A stretch of 34,489 nucleotides of DNA from a virus (Duplodnaviria; Heunggongvirae; Uroviricota; Caudoviricetes): the IMG/VR virus record IMGVR_UViG_2541047695_000003; one strand, 5' to 3'. Made by a program: the position numbers and the translations under genes. How positions within the stretch are numbered: the first letter of the stretch is position 1; each line of letters begins with the position of its first letter. Below, piece after piece: positions 5,635-14,180 of the stretch. The notes beneath the pieces were generated by a model, which saw nothing but the letters and a program-made list of their open reading frames with translations, was not told the DNA's origin and did no database searches.

Positions 5635-6239
5635 TATTTAGAGGACTTACATTTTATCGGAAAAAGTTCTCCATCGTCAATACTCATAAAGAACTCTGCC
5701 TTAATCCCGTACTTCTTCAACCGTGAATAGTATGTACCCCGACTTATATCAACCTTGCGCAGCACTTCAAAGAACCCTTTAGGATCGTTGTAATAGTGGC
5801 TGTATCGCACGTTAGCGAGTTCTACAAACAATTCCCTTGTATCACCATAGCCTTTCTTGAAAGCCTCGTTACGATAGCGTGTAATAGCGTGATTCAATCT
5901 CTTCTGTTTCAACACTTCTCGGATCGGCTTCCACTGCAACCTATAGATAGGACCGTCATCAATGCGATAATAACGCTTGATATCAAAATCAAACCAATCT
6001 CGGACTCGCTGAAACTCTGTCTGTGAGGTGCGATACTTCTTAAAGAAGTTATGAATATCGGTATACCCATGATCACGATACAACTCGATTAAAATCTGTT
6101 TAGCTTCCTCACGACTAAAGCCAGATGTTGTGTAATCAGTCTTCTTGTGATGGTGCTTAACTGGCAAACGATATTCATGATCGGTACAACAAGAAAAGGC
6201 TAATTCTACTTCATCTCTTTGTTGCTGATTAATTAGCAT
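5634..6239 (-). CDS. Tandem double-HTH DNA-binding protein, paralog C (two modules)
   Basis: 201 aa; each half repeats the paralog pattern ([12 protein letters not shown]...[10 protein letters not shown] and [26 protein letters not shown]); AAGGGGG SD; divergent from the large terminase. Confidence 0.85.
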   Translation of the reverse strand: MLINQQQRDEVELAFSCCTDHEYRLPVKHHHKKTDYTTSGFSREEAKQILIELYRDHGYTDIHNFFKKYRTSQTEFQRVRDWFDFDIKRYYRIDDGPIYRLQWKPIREVLKQKRLNHAITRYRNEAFKKGYGDTRELFVELANVRYSHYYNDPKGFFEVLRKVDISRGTYYSRLKKYGIKAEFFMSIDDGELFPIKCKSSK

Positions 6240-6326
6240 ACAACCCCCTTAAATATTAATACCCGTATTTATCAAAATATCAACAATTTAATAAATACCT
6301 TCATATTTCGTAATGAGGGTAATTAC

Positions 6327-8234
6327 ATGAAACTAATTTCTAATAAGGCCAAATTAAAAAAGATTCTCAGAAATGCAGCCAAATATATTACGCCACCGCC
6401 TAAACTCCTTCCATCGGAATGGTGCGAAGCTAATATGGTGCTGGTAGATGGTCCTCAAGCTGGGGATAAAGTTAAATTGCTGTCATTCCAGAAAGGTATG
6501 ATTGATGCTCCTTTCCTTGAGAACAAGAAAAAGTATGTTCTGATGACCAGTGCGCAGATCGGAAAGACTACCATCCTGAACGGCATCCTGTTTAACCAGA
6601 TGGCTAACGATCCATGCAATATGATTATCGGACAATCAACCGCTAAAGAAATGTCTCAATATCTCGCTGGTAAGATCCGACCGTCTATCGAAGCATGTGA
6701 TGCATTAAAAGACGTGGTTACAGACAAGAATGATCGCAATGCGGTTAACAACAATAACCAACTCCAGCTAAAAACGAATCACTTCCTGTACATGGTATCG
6801 CTTACCAGTCCATCAACCCTGCGCGGTAAGACTGCAAAGGTCGGACTACTAGACGAAATCGATGCTGCTACAGCCTCAGAAGAAGGTGATCCGGTGGCAC
6901 TGGCTGCTAACCGTTTAACTACCTTTGGCGATGAAGGCCGATTAGTCGTATCCAGTACCCCGACCAGTAAGCTCGGAAGCATTAACCAGCAATGGTTATC
7001 AAGCGATATGCGTATGTTTTTTGTTCCGTGTCCTCATTGCGGGGAACACCAGGTGATCGAGTGGGAAAACGTTCAATTTGAATGGCGTAACATCGATGGT
7101 AAGAACTTACCCGATCCTGATACCGCTCGTTATATTTGCCCCCACTGTAAGAACGCATGGACAGAAGGGGAACGAATCAGGGCAGTAGCGCAAGGCGAGT
7201 GGAGAGCAACCCGTGAAAGTGAAGTAGCAGGATTCTGGATTAGCCGTCTGTATTCACCTTTCAGCACGATCCGCGCTTGTGTGGTTGATTTTAGTCATGC
7301 GTGGCAATCCTTTGATTTACAATCATTTTATAACACCGTGTTAGGCAAGGTATACGATGATCAGGACACGGCAGTAGAAGCAAATGAACTGGAACAACTC
7401 AAAACAGATGTTTCTATCGAGAATATCCCTGATGACGTGATTTTCTTGTGCTCAGGAATTGACCAGCAATTGGATCGCGCAGAATCTACCATCTTAGGTG
7501 TAGCGAAAGATAAGGTTTACATTCTGGATCACCGTAGCTTTTACGATCATAACTGTGAACGATACGAATCACCTGTATGGGATCGTCTGGTTAACTTCAA
7601 GAAAACCAAATTCTATAACGTTAATGGTGAACGTGTGCCAATGCTCGCCAGCTTCCTCGATACATCAAACGGTCGATTCACTCAAGCCGGATACCGTATT
7701 TGTGGTAAGTGGAAGAACCTACACGCTATTAAAGGTAGTTCATCTGGTAATGCTCCAGTGATTCCGGTTAAACCTACCCGCACAGGTGGTCATGAATTGC
7801 TTATGCTGGGCGTTAACGTTGGTAAATCCGCTGTTCGTGAAATGCTGGTTAGAAACCTGAAAGATAATCCTCATATTGGCTTAGAAATATCAGAAACCGT
7901 TCCTGATGATTATCTCGATCAGCTTTTGAGTGAATCCATCAAGCGTACTACTACTGGTGTTCGTTGGGTGAAAAATCCAGGTAGTACCCGAAACGAGGCT
8001 CTCGACTGTCTGGTTTATAGCTATGCTGCTTCTCGCTACGTCCTTTCAAAAATGTCATGGGATAAACTCATTGCAATGAAAGACAGCTTAAACAGCGTTA
8101 AAGAAGAACCCGTAAAAGCTCCTGAATCGCAATCTGACGAGCAAATCGAAGAAACTAAGCCAATCACACGACCGCAACGTCAAAACATCGCCAGACGCCC
8201 AAATAGAGGCCGTAGCTGGGTAACATCGTTCTAA
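6327..8234 (+). CDS. terL: Terminase large subunit, GpA (lambda A) family
   Basis: 635 aa; Walker A-like [10 protein letters not shown]; zinc-ribbon CPHCGEHQ...CPHCKNAW; position ahead of the portal. Confidence 0.95.
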   Translation: MKLISNKAKLKKILRNAAKYITPPPKLLPSEWCEANMVLVDGPQAGDKVKLLSFQKGMIDAPFLENKKKYVLMTSAQIGKTTILNGILFNQMANDPCNMIIGQSTAKEMSQYLAGKIRPSIEACDALKDVVTDKNDRNAVNNNNQLQLKTNHFLYMVSLTSPSTLRGKTAKVGLLDEIDAATASEEGDPVALAANRLTTFGDEGRLVVSSTPTSKLGSINQQWLSSDMRMFFVPCPHCGEHQVIEWENVQFEWRNIDGKNLPDPDTARYICPHCKNAWTEGERIRAVAQGEWRATRESEVAGFWISRLYSPFSTIRACVVDFSHAWQSFDLQSFYNTVLGKVYDDQDTAVEANELEQLKTDVSIENIPDDVIFLCSGIDQQLDRAESTILGVAKDKVYILDHRSFYDHNCERYESPVWDRLVNFKKTKFYNVNGERVPMLASFLDTSNGRFTQAGYRICGKWKNLHAIKGSSSGNAPVIPVKPTRTGGHELLMLGVNVGKSAVREMLVRNLKDNPHIGLEISETVPDDYLDQLLSESIKRTTTGVRWVKNPGSTRNEALDCLVYSYAASRYVLSKMSWDKLIAMKDSLNSVKEEPVKAPESQSDEQIEETKPITRPQRQNIARRPNRGRSWVTSF

Positions 8235-8306
8235 TAACTCGCCGTCCTTCGGGGCGGCTTACTCCTAAATATTGTTAATCCAATAACAATTAAATAAGGG
8301 GTAATT

Positions 8307-8804
8307 ATGAGTTTAGAACTAATTCCCTTAGTAATTCGTAAAGGCGAAAAAATCACGCTGGCGAATGAAGAGGGTGTAACAATTCAGGTAGGAAATAATA
8401 ATAAAGGTATCATTTATCAGGTTGATGATACTCCGGCTAATCACGAGATTAAAACCTTAGATTTTGCCGAAGGTAAATATACCATCGTAATAACTTTGGA
8501 AGAAGAACTGATATCAATGCAGGAATTAACTGTTTTACCAGTATTCGCCAAACAATCCAAAAAAGAATATCTGCGGGAAACTATCGCCTTAATCGAGCAA
8601 GTTATTTTCGCCCGTTTATCTGGGGACGAAGCCGCATTATCAGCAATGACAGTGAAAGGGAATACTTTCGCCTATGAGTCATTGGCTGTTCTCCAGACTC
8701 TAAAAGTCGATTATGAACGTCAACTGTCTAAATTAATTCAAGCCGAACGACGTAAACAGGGAATTAGCCCGATTAAAAATATCAAATTACGTCTTACGCG
8801 ATAA
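8307..8804 (+). CDS. Head-completion protein with gpW-like C-terminal half and an 80-aa N-terminal extension
   Basis: Sits between terminase and portal like lambda W; C-terminal helix-hairpin-helix pattern recognised by eye only. Confidence 0.75.
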   Translation: MSLELIPLVIRKGEKITLANEEGVTIQVGNNNKGIIYQVDDTPANHEIKTLDFAEGKYTIVITLEEELISMQELTVLPVFAKQSKKEYLRETIALIEQVIFARLSGDEAALSAMTVKGNTFAYESLAVLQTLKVDYERQLSKLIQAERRKQGISPIKNIKLRLTR

Positions 8805-8814
8805 GGGGTAAATC

Positions 8815-10326
8815 ATGTTTAATCTTTTTCGACGCAAAAAGGCGGTAGAAACTCCAGTTAAAACTAATCACCGCCAGCAACAACCAAAAATTTTCATCGA
8901 TAAGCAAGTAGAAAAATTCCAGAAATCTCTGGCGACTCGTAGTTTAGGACTGGTTGGTGATCGTATTGATGGATCACTTCAACAAGACACCATTACAGGA
9001 ACCTTCAATAAGGCTCTCAAATCGAATGGTAAGCGCCTTTATGATCAGGGTCGTACTCTGGCCTTAAACACTTCCGTAGGCAGTCGCTACACGCAATACA
9101 TCACCGATATGGTGGTAGGTACTGGCCTAGATCCGAAGCCGTCAGTTGTTAAACCAAATGGAAAACTTGATAGCGCACTGAATAAGCAGATCGAGAATGC
9201 TTTCTGGAAGTGGGCGCAGAATGCTAAACGCTTCTCTCGCAATGGTCGTTTTAACTTCCGTGAATTGCTGGTAATGGCTGAACGTGAGCGCGTTATGGGT
9301 GGTGAGTGTTTCATCGTTTTAACTAAAGAAAACAATGAGTTAAATGTTTCTATCCTGTCTGCTGATAAATGCGACTGGTCGCTAAACCGTGAAATAAGCA
9401 AAGAGCGTGCGATATATCAAGGTGTGGAGTATGACGTAGAGACGATGAAGCCCGTAGCATACTGGTTTCGTAAAATCAACCTACTGACTCAGACCTACAC
9501 TGGTGATAACTATCGCGTCGATGCTTCGCAAGTATGCCATTATTATCAACCACTTGCGGCTGAATCCCTGCGTGGTGTGACTGACTTCCTGCCAGTGATT
9601 AAGGATATCGCACATCAAGACGCATTCCGCGAAACTGCGATCGTCCAGAAACGTATTGCGGCTAGTTCTATGGGCTTTATCGAACGTCCGAAAGATTCTG
9701 GTGACGATTTTGATACTGGTGAAGAGGATGAACAATATCAAGCGCCGGAAGTAGTACAGGATTTTGCACCTGGTACTATTCAGGAATTACCGGAAGGGGC
9801 AACGATCAAGAGCATCCAGGCGACGCAAAGCGGTGATGATTTCAAATCCTTTAACGATGCGATGTATGGTAGCGTCGCGATGGGCTTAGGCGTGTTTAAA
9901 CAGGGCTTGACTGGTGACACTAGCCAAATAAATTACAGCGCCAGTAGATTCGGTGATTTAATGCAACGACACCGCGTTAAAGCACTGCAAAACAAATTGA
10001 TTGAAACAGTGGTATTGCCAATTTTCGAAGCATATCTACGCCATTATTCCGCGCGTGGTATTGTTCCGATTCGTATTACTGCAATTCCGCATATTATCGA
10101 TAACACTACTATTATTCGTCCTCGTTTTGAATCCGTCGATCCATTTAAAGACGTAAGCGCCGAGATTGCTTTAATTGATAACGGACTTAAATCACGTACT
10201 GCCGTTATTCTTGAACGTGGTGATGATCCTGAAAAAGTATTCTCAGAGATTCAAGCCGAAAAGAGCGCACTAAATATTATCGTTAATGGCGAGGGTGAAG
10301 AAAAAAATTCCCCAGCCGATCCCTAA
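8815..10326 (+). CDS. Portal protein (lambda gpB-like)
   Basis: 503 aa, synteny TerL-W-portal-protease, AAGGGGTAA SD. Confidence 0.85.
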   Translation: MFNLFRRKKAVETPVKTNHRQQQPKIFIDKQVEKFQKSLATRSLGLVGDRIDGSLQQDTITGTFNKALKSNGKRLYDQGRTLALNTSVGSRYTQYITDMVVGTGLDPKPSVVKPNGKLDSALNKQIENAFWKWAQNAKRFSRNGRFNFRELLVMAERERVMGGECFIVLTKENNELNVSILSADKCDWSLNREISKERAIYQGVEYDVETMKPVAYWFRKINLLTQTYTGDNYRVDASQVCHYYQPLAAESLRGVTDFLPVIKDIAHQDAFRETAIVQKRIAASSMGFIERPKDSGDDFDTGEEDEQYQAPEVVQDFAPGTIQELPEGATIKSIQATQSGDDFKSFNDAMYGSVAMGLGVFKQGLTGDTSQINYSASRFGDLMQRHRVKALQNKLIETVVLPIFEAYLRHYSARGIVPIRITAIPHIIDNTTIIRPRFESVDPFKDVSAEIALIDNGLKSRTAVILERGDDPEKVFSEIQAEKSALNIIVNGEGEEKNSPADP

Positions 10327-10371
10327 TAACCAACGGGGGCGCAATGTCCCCAATTAATTAAAGGTGATTAA

Positions 10372-12372
10372 ATGCTTAAATTTCGCCGCGATCTTAACGG
10401 TTACGGTGGAGTTATTAACGAAGGGCATAACGATCAATACGAATTTGAAATTGCTTTCTCCAGTGAACAGCCGTATCAGCGCCAATTCTGGGATGAGCAA
10501 AATCAAGAGATGGTGGTACTAGATGAAATTCTGGTACATACACCGGAAGCGGTTGATCTGTCTCGTCTGAATAATAACGCTCCGTTGCTGTTCAATCATA
10601 ATTTCGATAATCATTTAGGTGTAGTCTGCGACGCTCGAATCGATGCGGATAACGTAGGTCGTGCTCTGGTTAAATTCTCTAAGCATGGCACTTTGGCTAA
10701 TGATATTCGCAATAAAGTCATTGAAGGTACGATGGAAAAAATTTCTGTCGGCTATGACATTAAAGAATATCACATCGATTACGCCAAAGGGCAATTGATT
10801 GTTACTAAGTGGGCGCCCTATGAACTCTCATTTGTCACCGTTCCTGCTGACGATACGGTCGGTTTAAATCGCTCTCTAAATACTATCACAGTTAATTTGG
10901 AGGCTAAACGCGATATGACTAAAGAACAAATTGAAGAAATCAAAGAAGAACAAGAATCCGCTCAGGTTGAAGAAACTCCGGTAGAAGAAATTAAAGAATC
11001 GGAAGTTGAAGAAACTCAAGAGCGCCAAGTTGAAGAGAATAAAGAAGATGAAAATCTCGAAGACGGAAAAGACGCTGAACATCCTGAAAGTGTTGATGAT
11101 GATAGTTCAACTGTTCGGGAAGAAGAAATAAAAGAAGAACGTGAAGCTGCTCCGGTTGAAGAAGAAAAAATCGAAGAAGTGGCTGAACGTTCCGAAGAAG
11201 ACGAATTAGAAATTCGCGAAATTGCACGCGAACTAAATATTGATGACGAAGAATTGAAACGCGCATTGGCAATTAAAGACATGACGCCGGAAGCATTCCG
11301 CACTAAGGCACTAAATAATCTCGTCAATGCTCAACGTAATAACGAACAAATTAAGGACTCTAAAATGGAAAAAACTTTTGACCTGAACAACGTAATTCGC
11401 TCTCTGGTAGATGGTGCTGCTCTGGGTGCTAACGAAGCTGAATATTCCTCTATGGCTGCTGGTGCTGCGATGCAGCGTGGTCGTGCTGCTCGTGGTGGCT
11501 CTGTATTCGTTCCGGCTGCTGCTCTGCGTGCTGCTGCTGATGGTAACACCAAAACTACTCTGACCGCTGTAACTGACGAAAAACTGATGACTGAATCCTA
11601 CATCGAAATGCTGATGCCGGAATCTGTTCTGGGTCGTCTGGGTGTGACTGTTTACAGTGGCTTGAACTCCCCGACCGCTATTCCAAAAATGACCGCTTCC
11701 AGCGTTGACGCTTTCGGCTTCGTTGATGAAAACGGTGCTGCACCGGAAAGCAAAGCTGAATTTGCGAACGTGAAACTGTCTCCGAAAACTTTTGCTGGTG
11801 GCAACCCGATCAGCCGTCAGTCGCTGAAAACCGTTCCGGGCATCGCTACCCTGATCACTGATCACATTAACAAAGCTGTTCGTATCAAACTGGAACAACT
11901 GATTCTGTCTGATAAAGAAAATGCTCGTGGTCCGGCTGGTCTGGTTAAGCAACTGGTAGACGCTAGCCGCGTTACCAAGAAAGCTGCTTTCTCTTATAAA
12001 GACTTCCTGAAAGAAATTGCAGCACTGACCGACGCTGGCGTTCCTGCTCAGGCGATCAAGTTTGCAATGAGCGGTGCAACTGCTGCTGAACTGGAATCTA
12101 CCCTGAAAGATAACGGCGTTTCCGGTTATATCATCGAAAACGGCAAACTGGCTGGTTACGAAGTAGTTACTTCTGGCGTTATCCCGGCAGACCACATCGT
12201 TCTGGGTGACTTCTCCGGTATTACTATCGGTGAGTGGGGAGGTCTGGAACTCGACATGGATCTAACTACATATAGGGATCGTGGTGCGGTAGTGCCTCGT
12301 ATCTTTGTAGATTTGGACTACGTTGTAGCACAGCCGGAAGCCCTGAAAGTTCTTCACATCTCCGCTGAATGA
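10372..12372 (+). CDS. Prohead protease - acidic scaffold linker - HK97-fold major capsid protein fusion
   Basis: 666 aa; N-domain resembles caudoviral prohead serine proteases; residues about 185-330 are E/K-rich; C-terminal 336 aa resemble the HK97-type capsid family. Confidence 0.9.
   Translation: MLKFRRDLNGYGGVINEGHNDQYEFEIAFSSEQPYQRQFWDEQNQEMVVLDEILVHTPEAVDLSRLNNNAPLLFNHNFDNHLGVVCDARIDADNVGRALVKFSKHGTLANDIRNKVIEGTMEKISVGYDIKEYHIDYAKGQLIVTKWAPYELSFVTVPADDTVGLNRSLNTITVNLEAKRDMTKEQIEEIKEEQESAQVEETPVEEIKESEVEETQERQVEENKEDENLEDGKDAEHPESVDDDSSTVREEEIKEEREAAPVEEEKIEEVAERSEEDELEIREIARELNIDDEELKRALAIKDMTPEAFRTKALNNLVNAQRNNEQIKDSKMEKTFDLNNVIRSLVDGAALGANEAEYSSMAAGAAMQRGRAARGGSVFVPAAALRAAADGNTKTTLTAVTDEKLMTESYIEMLMPESVLGRLGVTVYSGLNSPTAIPKMTASSVDAFGFVDENGAAPESKAEFANVKLSPKTFAGGNPISRQSLKTVPGIATLITDHINKAVRIKLEQLILSDKENARGPAGLVKQLVDASRVTKKAAFSYKDFLKEIAALTDAGVPAQAIKFAMSGATAAELESTLKDNGVSGYIIENGKLAGYEVVTSGVIPADHIVLGDFSGITIGEWGGLELDMDLTTYRDRGAVVPRIFVDLDYVVAQPEALKVLHISAE
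11365..12372 (+). CDS. Nested in-frame major capsid protein from an internal start
   Basis: AAGGA (11353-11357) 7 nt before the in-frame ATG at 11365; codon usage switches to gct/ggt/cgt/ctg from this point. Confidence 0.5.
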   Translation: MEKTFDLNNVIRSLVDGAALGANEAEYSSMAAGAAMQRGRAARGGSVFVPAAALRAAADGNTKTTLTAVTDEKLMTESYIEMLMPESVLGRLGVTVYSGLNSPTAIPKMTASSVDAFGFVDENGAAPESKAEFANVKLSPKTFAGGNPISRQSLKTVPGIATLITDHINKAVRIKLEQLILSDKENARGPAGLVKQLVDASRVTKKAAFSYKDFLKEIAALTDAGVPAQAIKFAMSGATAAELESTLKDNGVSGYIIENGKLAGYEVVTSGVIPADHIVLGDFSGITIGEWGGLELDMDLTTYRDRGAVVPRIFVDLDYVVAQPEALKVLHISAE

Positions 12373-12504
12373 ACTCCTGTAGAACCTTCTGAACCTTCCC
12401 CCGATTTGGGGGAAGAAAATCTGATTCCATCTCAGGAAGAAGAAGTTCAAGAGGTTACGGCGAAAGCCACAGTTAAAAAAGAACGTAAGACTAAAGCAAA
12501 ATAA
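12373..12504 (+). other. 43 in-frame sense codons after the capsid UGA, closed by TAATAA: candidate read-through extension
   Basis: Hand translation TPVEPSEPSPDLGEENLIPSQEEEVQEVTAKATVKKERKTKAK; no internal start with an SD; the terminator follows the extension, not the UGA. Confidence 0.35.
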
Positions 12505-12509
12505 TAATT

Positions 12510-12537
12510 AGCCCTGCCTTAATGGTGGGGCTTTTTT
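12510..12537 (+). terminator. Rho-independent terminator or attenuator after the capsid region
   Basis: 9-bp stem 12510-12518/12524-12532 (two G-U pairs) followed by T6. Confidence 0.7.
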
Positions 12538-12567
12538 GTATGTAAATACTCCATAAAGGGGGTAACT

Positions 12568-12858
12568 ATGTTCAAATTATCAGAATCACAATTATCAAGA
12601 ATGTTTCGAAGTGCTCCTGTATTTTCGGTGGAAGGTGGTAAATCAATTCGTGCTTATCATGAAATTACCACTACCGACGAACAAGGGGTAATTACAGAAT
12701 CAGAATTTCTATTTTGTCGTGAGGGAGACTTAAATCAGGGTGATGTTGTCATTGTAGACGGTGAACGCTTCAAAGTTCAATACGTTAAGCGCAATGGTGA
12801 TAATACTTCTGATTGCTTTATTGCTCGTGCAGGGGGTACACATGCTCGCTACCGTTAA
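12568..12858 (+). CDS. Head-tail adaptor or head-closure protein
   Basis: 96 aa directly after the capsid gene; GDVVIVDGERFKVQYV motif typical of head-tail joining proteins; AAGGGGGTAA SD. Confidence 0.7.
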   Translation: MFKLSESQLSRMFRSAPVFSVEGGKSIRAYHEITTTDEQGVITESEFLFCREGDLNQGDVVIVDGERFKVQYVKRNGDNTSDCFIARAGGTHARYR

Positions 12859-13264
12859 TAATATGCCTAGACTGAAAATTAAACGCGCCTTGCAGGATAT
12901 TATCGAACAAGATTTAGGTCTGGCTTTAAACGTAGAACAAACTCAGCAAGGCTTTAGTGATGATGTGGTTTGTTGGATTACCGGAATGAATGAGACTTAC
13001 AATAGGGTCCGTGGTGGTAATGCAATGCAAGCTGAATGCGTTATCGAAATGCAGTTGTATTCTCAGAATCATGAAACCAAAATTCATGAGGGTATTTGCC
13101 AGATAATCCAGATTCAGCCTGATAATCCACGTTTTAAAGATTTGGGCTTCTCTATTTCAGATATCACTCCAGTAGCTTCTAATACCGATTATGACGATGA
13201 TTCTAGTGATGGGGGTATCGTTGGGACACTTAGCCTTAAATTTTCTTATCTAGCGCGTTTTTAA
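12842..13264 (+). CDS. Neck or tail-completion protein
   Basis: Start chosen at ATG 12842 (AGGGGG SD, 17-nt overlap with the upstream gene) rather than 12761; ATG 12863 is an alternative. Confidence 0.65.
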   Translation: MLATVNNMPRLKIKRALQDIIEQDLGLALNVEQTQQGFSDDVVCWITGMNETYNRVRGGNAMQAECVIEMQLYSQNHETKIHEGICQIIQIQPDNPRFKDLGFSISDITPVASNTDYDDDSSDGGIVGTLSLKFSYLARF

Positions 13265-13273
13265 GGGGTAATA

Positions 13274-14107
13274 ATGAATATTACACAAGATAACTTAGAC
13301 ATTTTCACGGGGTCACATGTTGAAGTCTCCGTGTCTACTATGGTGGATAACCAGCCGGACTTTTTCGATCCTGCATTTAGTCCTATCGAGAACATCGCAG
13401 CATTCCCGACGATAACCGAATCCACAGAGATCCAGACGTTAGAAGAGTATGATCAGGACGCTACGGGGAAACTTGCTGGTTATCGTAAACTTGAATCAAC
13501 TACGTTAGTAGTAAACCGTGTTCTGGATGACGAACATCAAGACATGTTGATGAAAGCGGTGAATGATAAAACTCCTTTACGCTTTCGTATGTTCTATGTT
13601 GTGAACTCTGGCTATAGTGCTGCTAACACAGGTTACTACGTCATTTTTGACGCTTATGTCTCGTCACATAAAACAAAATCCGGTGATAACAAAGTTACTA
13701 CAATCGAGTTTAAATTAGAACCTGATGGCGGGATTCTAGATCGCGGTATTGCTACCGAAGGCCGGATCTTACGTCAAGGTGATTTTGGTTTGGGCGCTGG
13801 TGTACATCCATTCACAGGTCCGATTGATAGCGAAGCATTAGCCGGAAACCGTTTCGTAACTTATCAGGGATCGAGCGTATCTAATCCATTTAGTGCTGAT
13901 ACTTCACTAATTCACGTTCAACCTAATGAAGATGGTGGATGGCAATTAACTTGCACCGCTTCCGGCGCACCACGTTTACGAGTTCGCACAGTCCAGAAAG
14001 ACGGTAATTCTGGATGGGTGAAAGTGTATTCCACAGAAGAAAAACCGACACCAGCCGAGATTGAAGCCGTTTCTATCCATGACCGGATCGACTTCGGGGA
14101 ATACTGA
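13274..14107 (+). CDS. Tail-tube (major tail protein) paralog with a C-terminal fibre-like domain
   Basis: Residues 1-155 align by eye with the 156-aa tube protein (DIFTG/DIFSG, AAFP, LMKAVND/LIKATED, ...DG); C-terminus shares the KPTPAEI block and preceding segment with the fibre. Confidence 0.8.
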   Translation: MNITQDNLDIFTGSHVEVSVSTMVDNQPDFFDPAFSPIENIAAFPTITESTEIQTLEEYDQDATGKLAGYRKLESTTLVVNRVLDDEHQDMLMKAVNDKTPLRFRMFYVVNSGYSAANTGYYVIFDAYVSSHKTKSGDNKVTTIEFKLEPDGGILDRGIATEGRILRQGDFGLGAGVHPFTGPIDSEALAGNRFVTYQGSSVSNPFSADTSLIHVQPNEDGGWQLTCTASGAPRLRVRTVQKDGNSGWVKVYSTEEKPTPAEIEAVSIHDRIDFGEY

Positions 14108-14180
14108 TTGCTTCTCTAAATAAAACATGACGCGGGAGGTTAACGCCTCCCTTATTCCTGTTTTATAGTGAGGTGATTCG

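Noticed and set aside
10876-12450. Minus-strand ORFs inside the capsid gene, including a 294-aa one at 11311-12195
   Set aside because: They are antisense shadows of the GCT/GGT/CTG-rich capsid coding region (Ser/Thr/Arg-rich nonsense), with no SDs and complete overlap of a well-supported gene.
12761-12841. Upstream extension of the neck-protein ORF (start 12761 in the track), plus the TTG starts at 1969, 3369 and 33038
   Set aside because: These extended starts lack SDs or use TTG. Downstream ATGs (12842, 1954, 3399, 33023) have properly spaced SDs matching the phage's AAGGGGTAA-type consensus. The 12761 start would overlap the preceding gene by about 100 nt.
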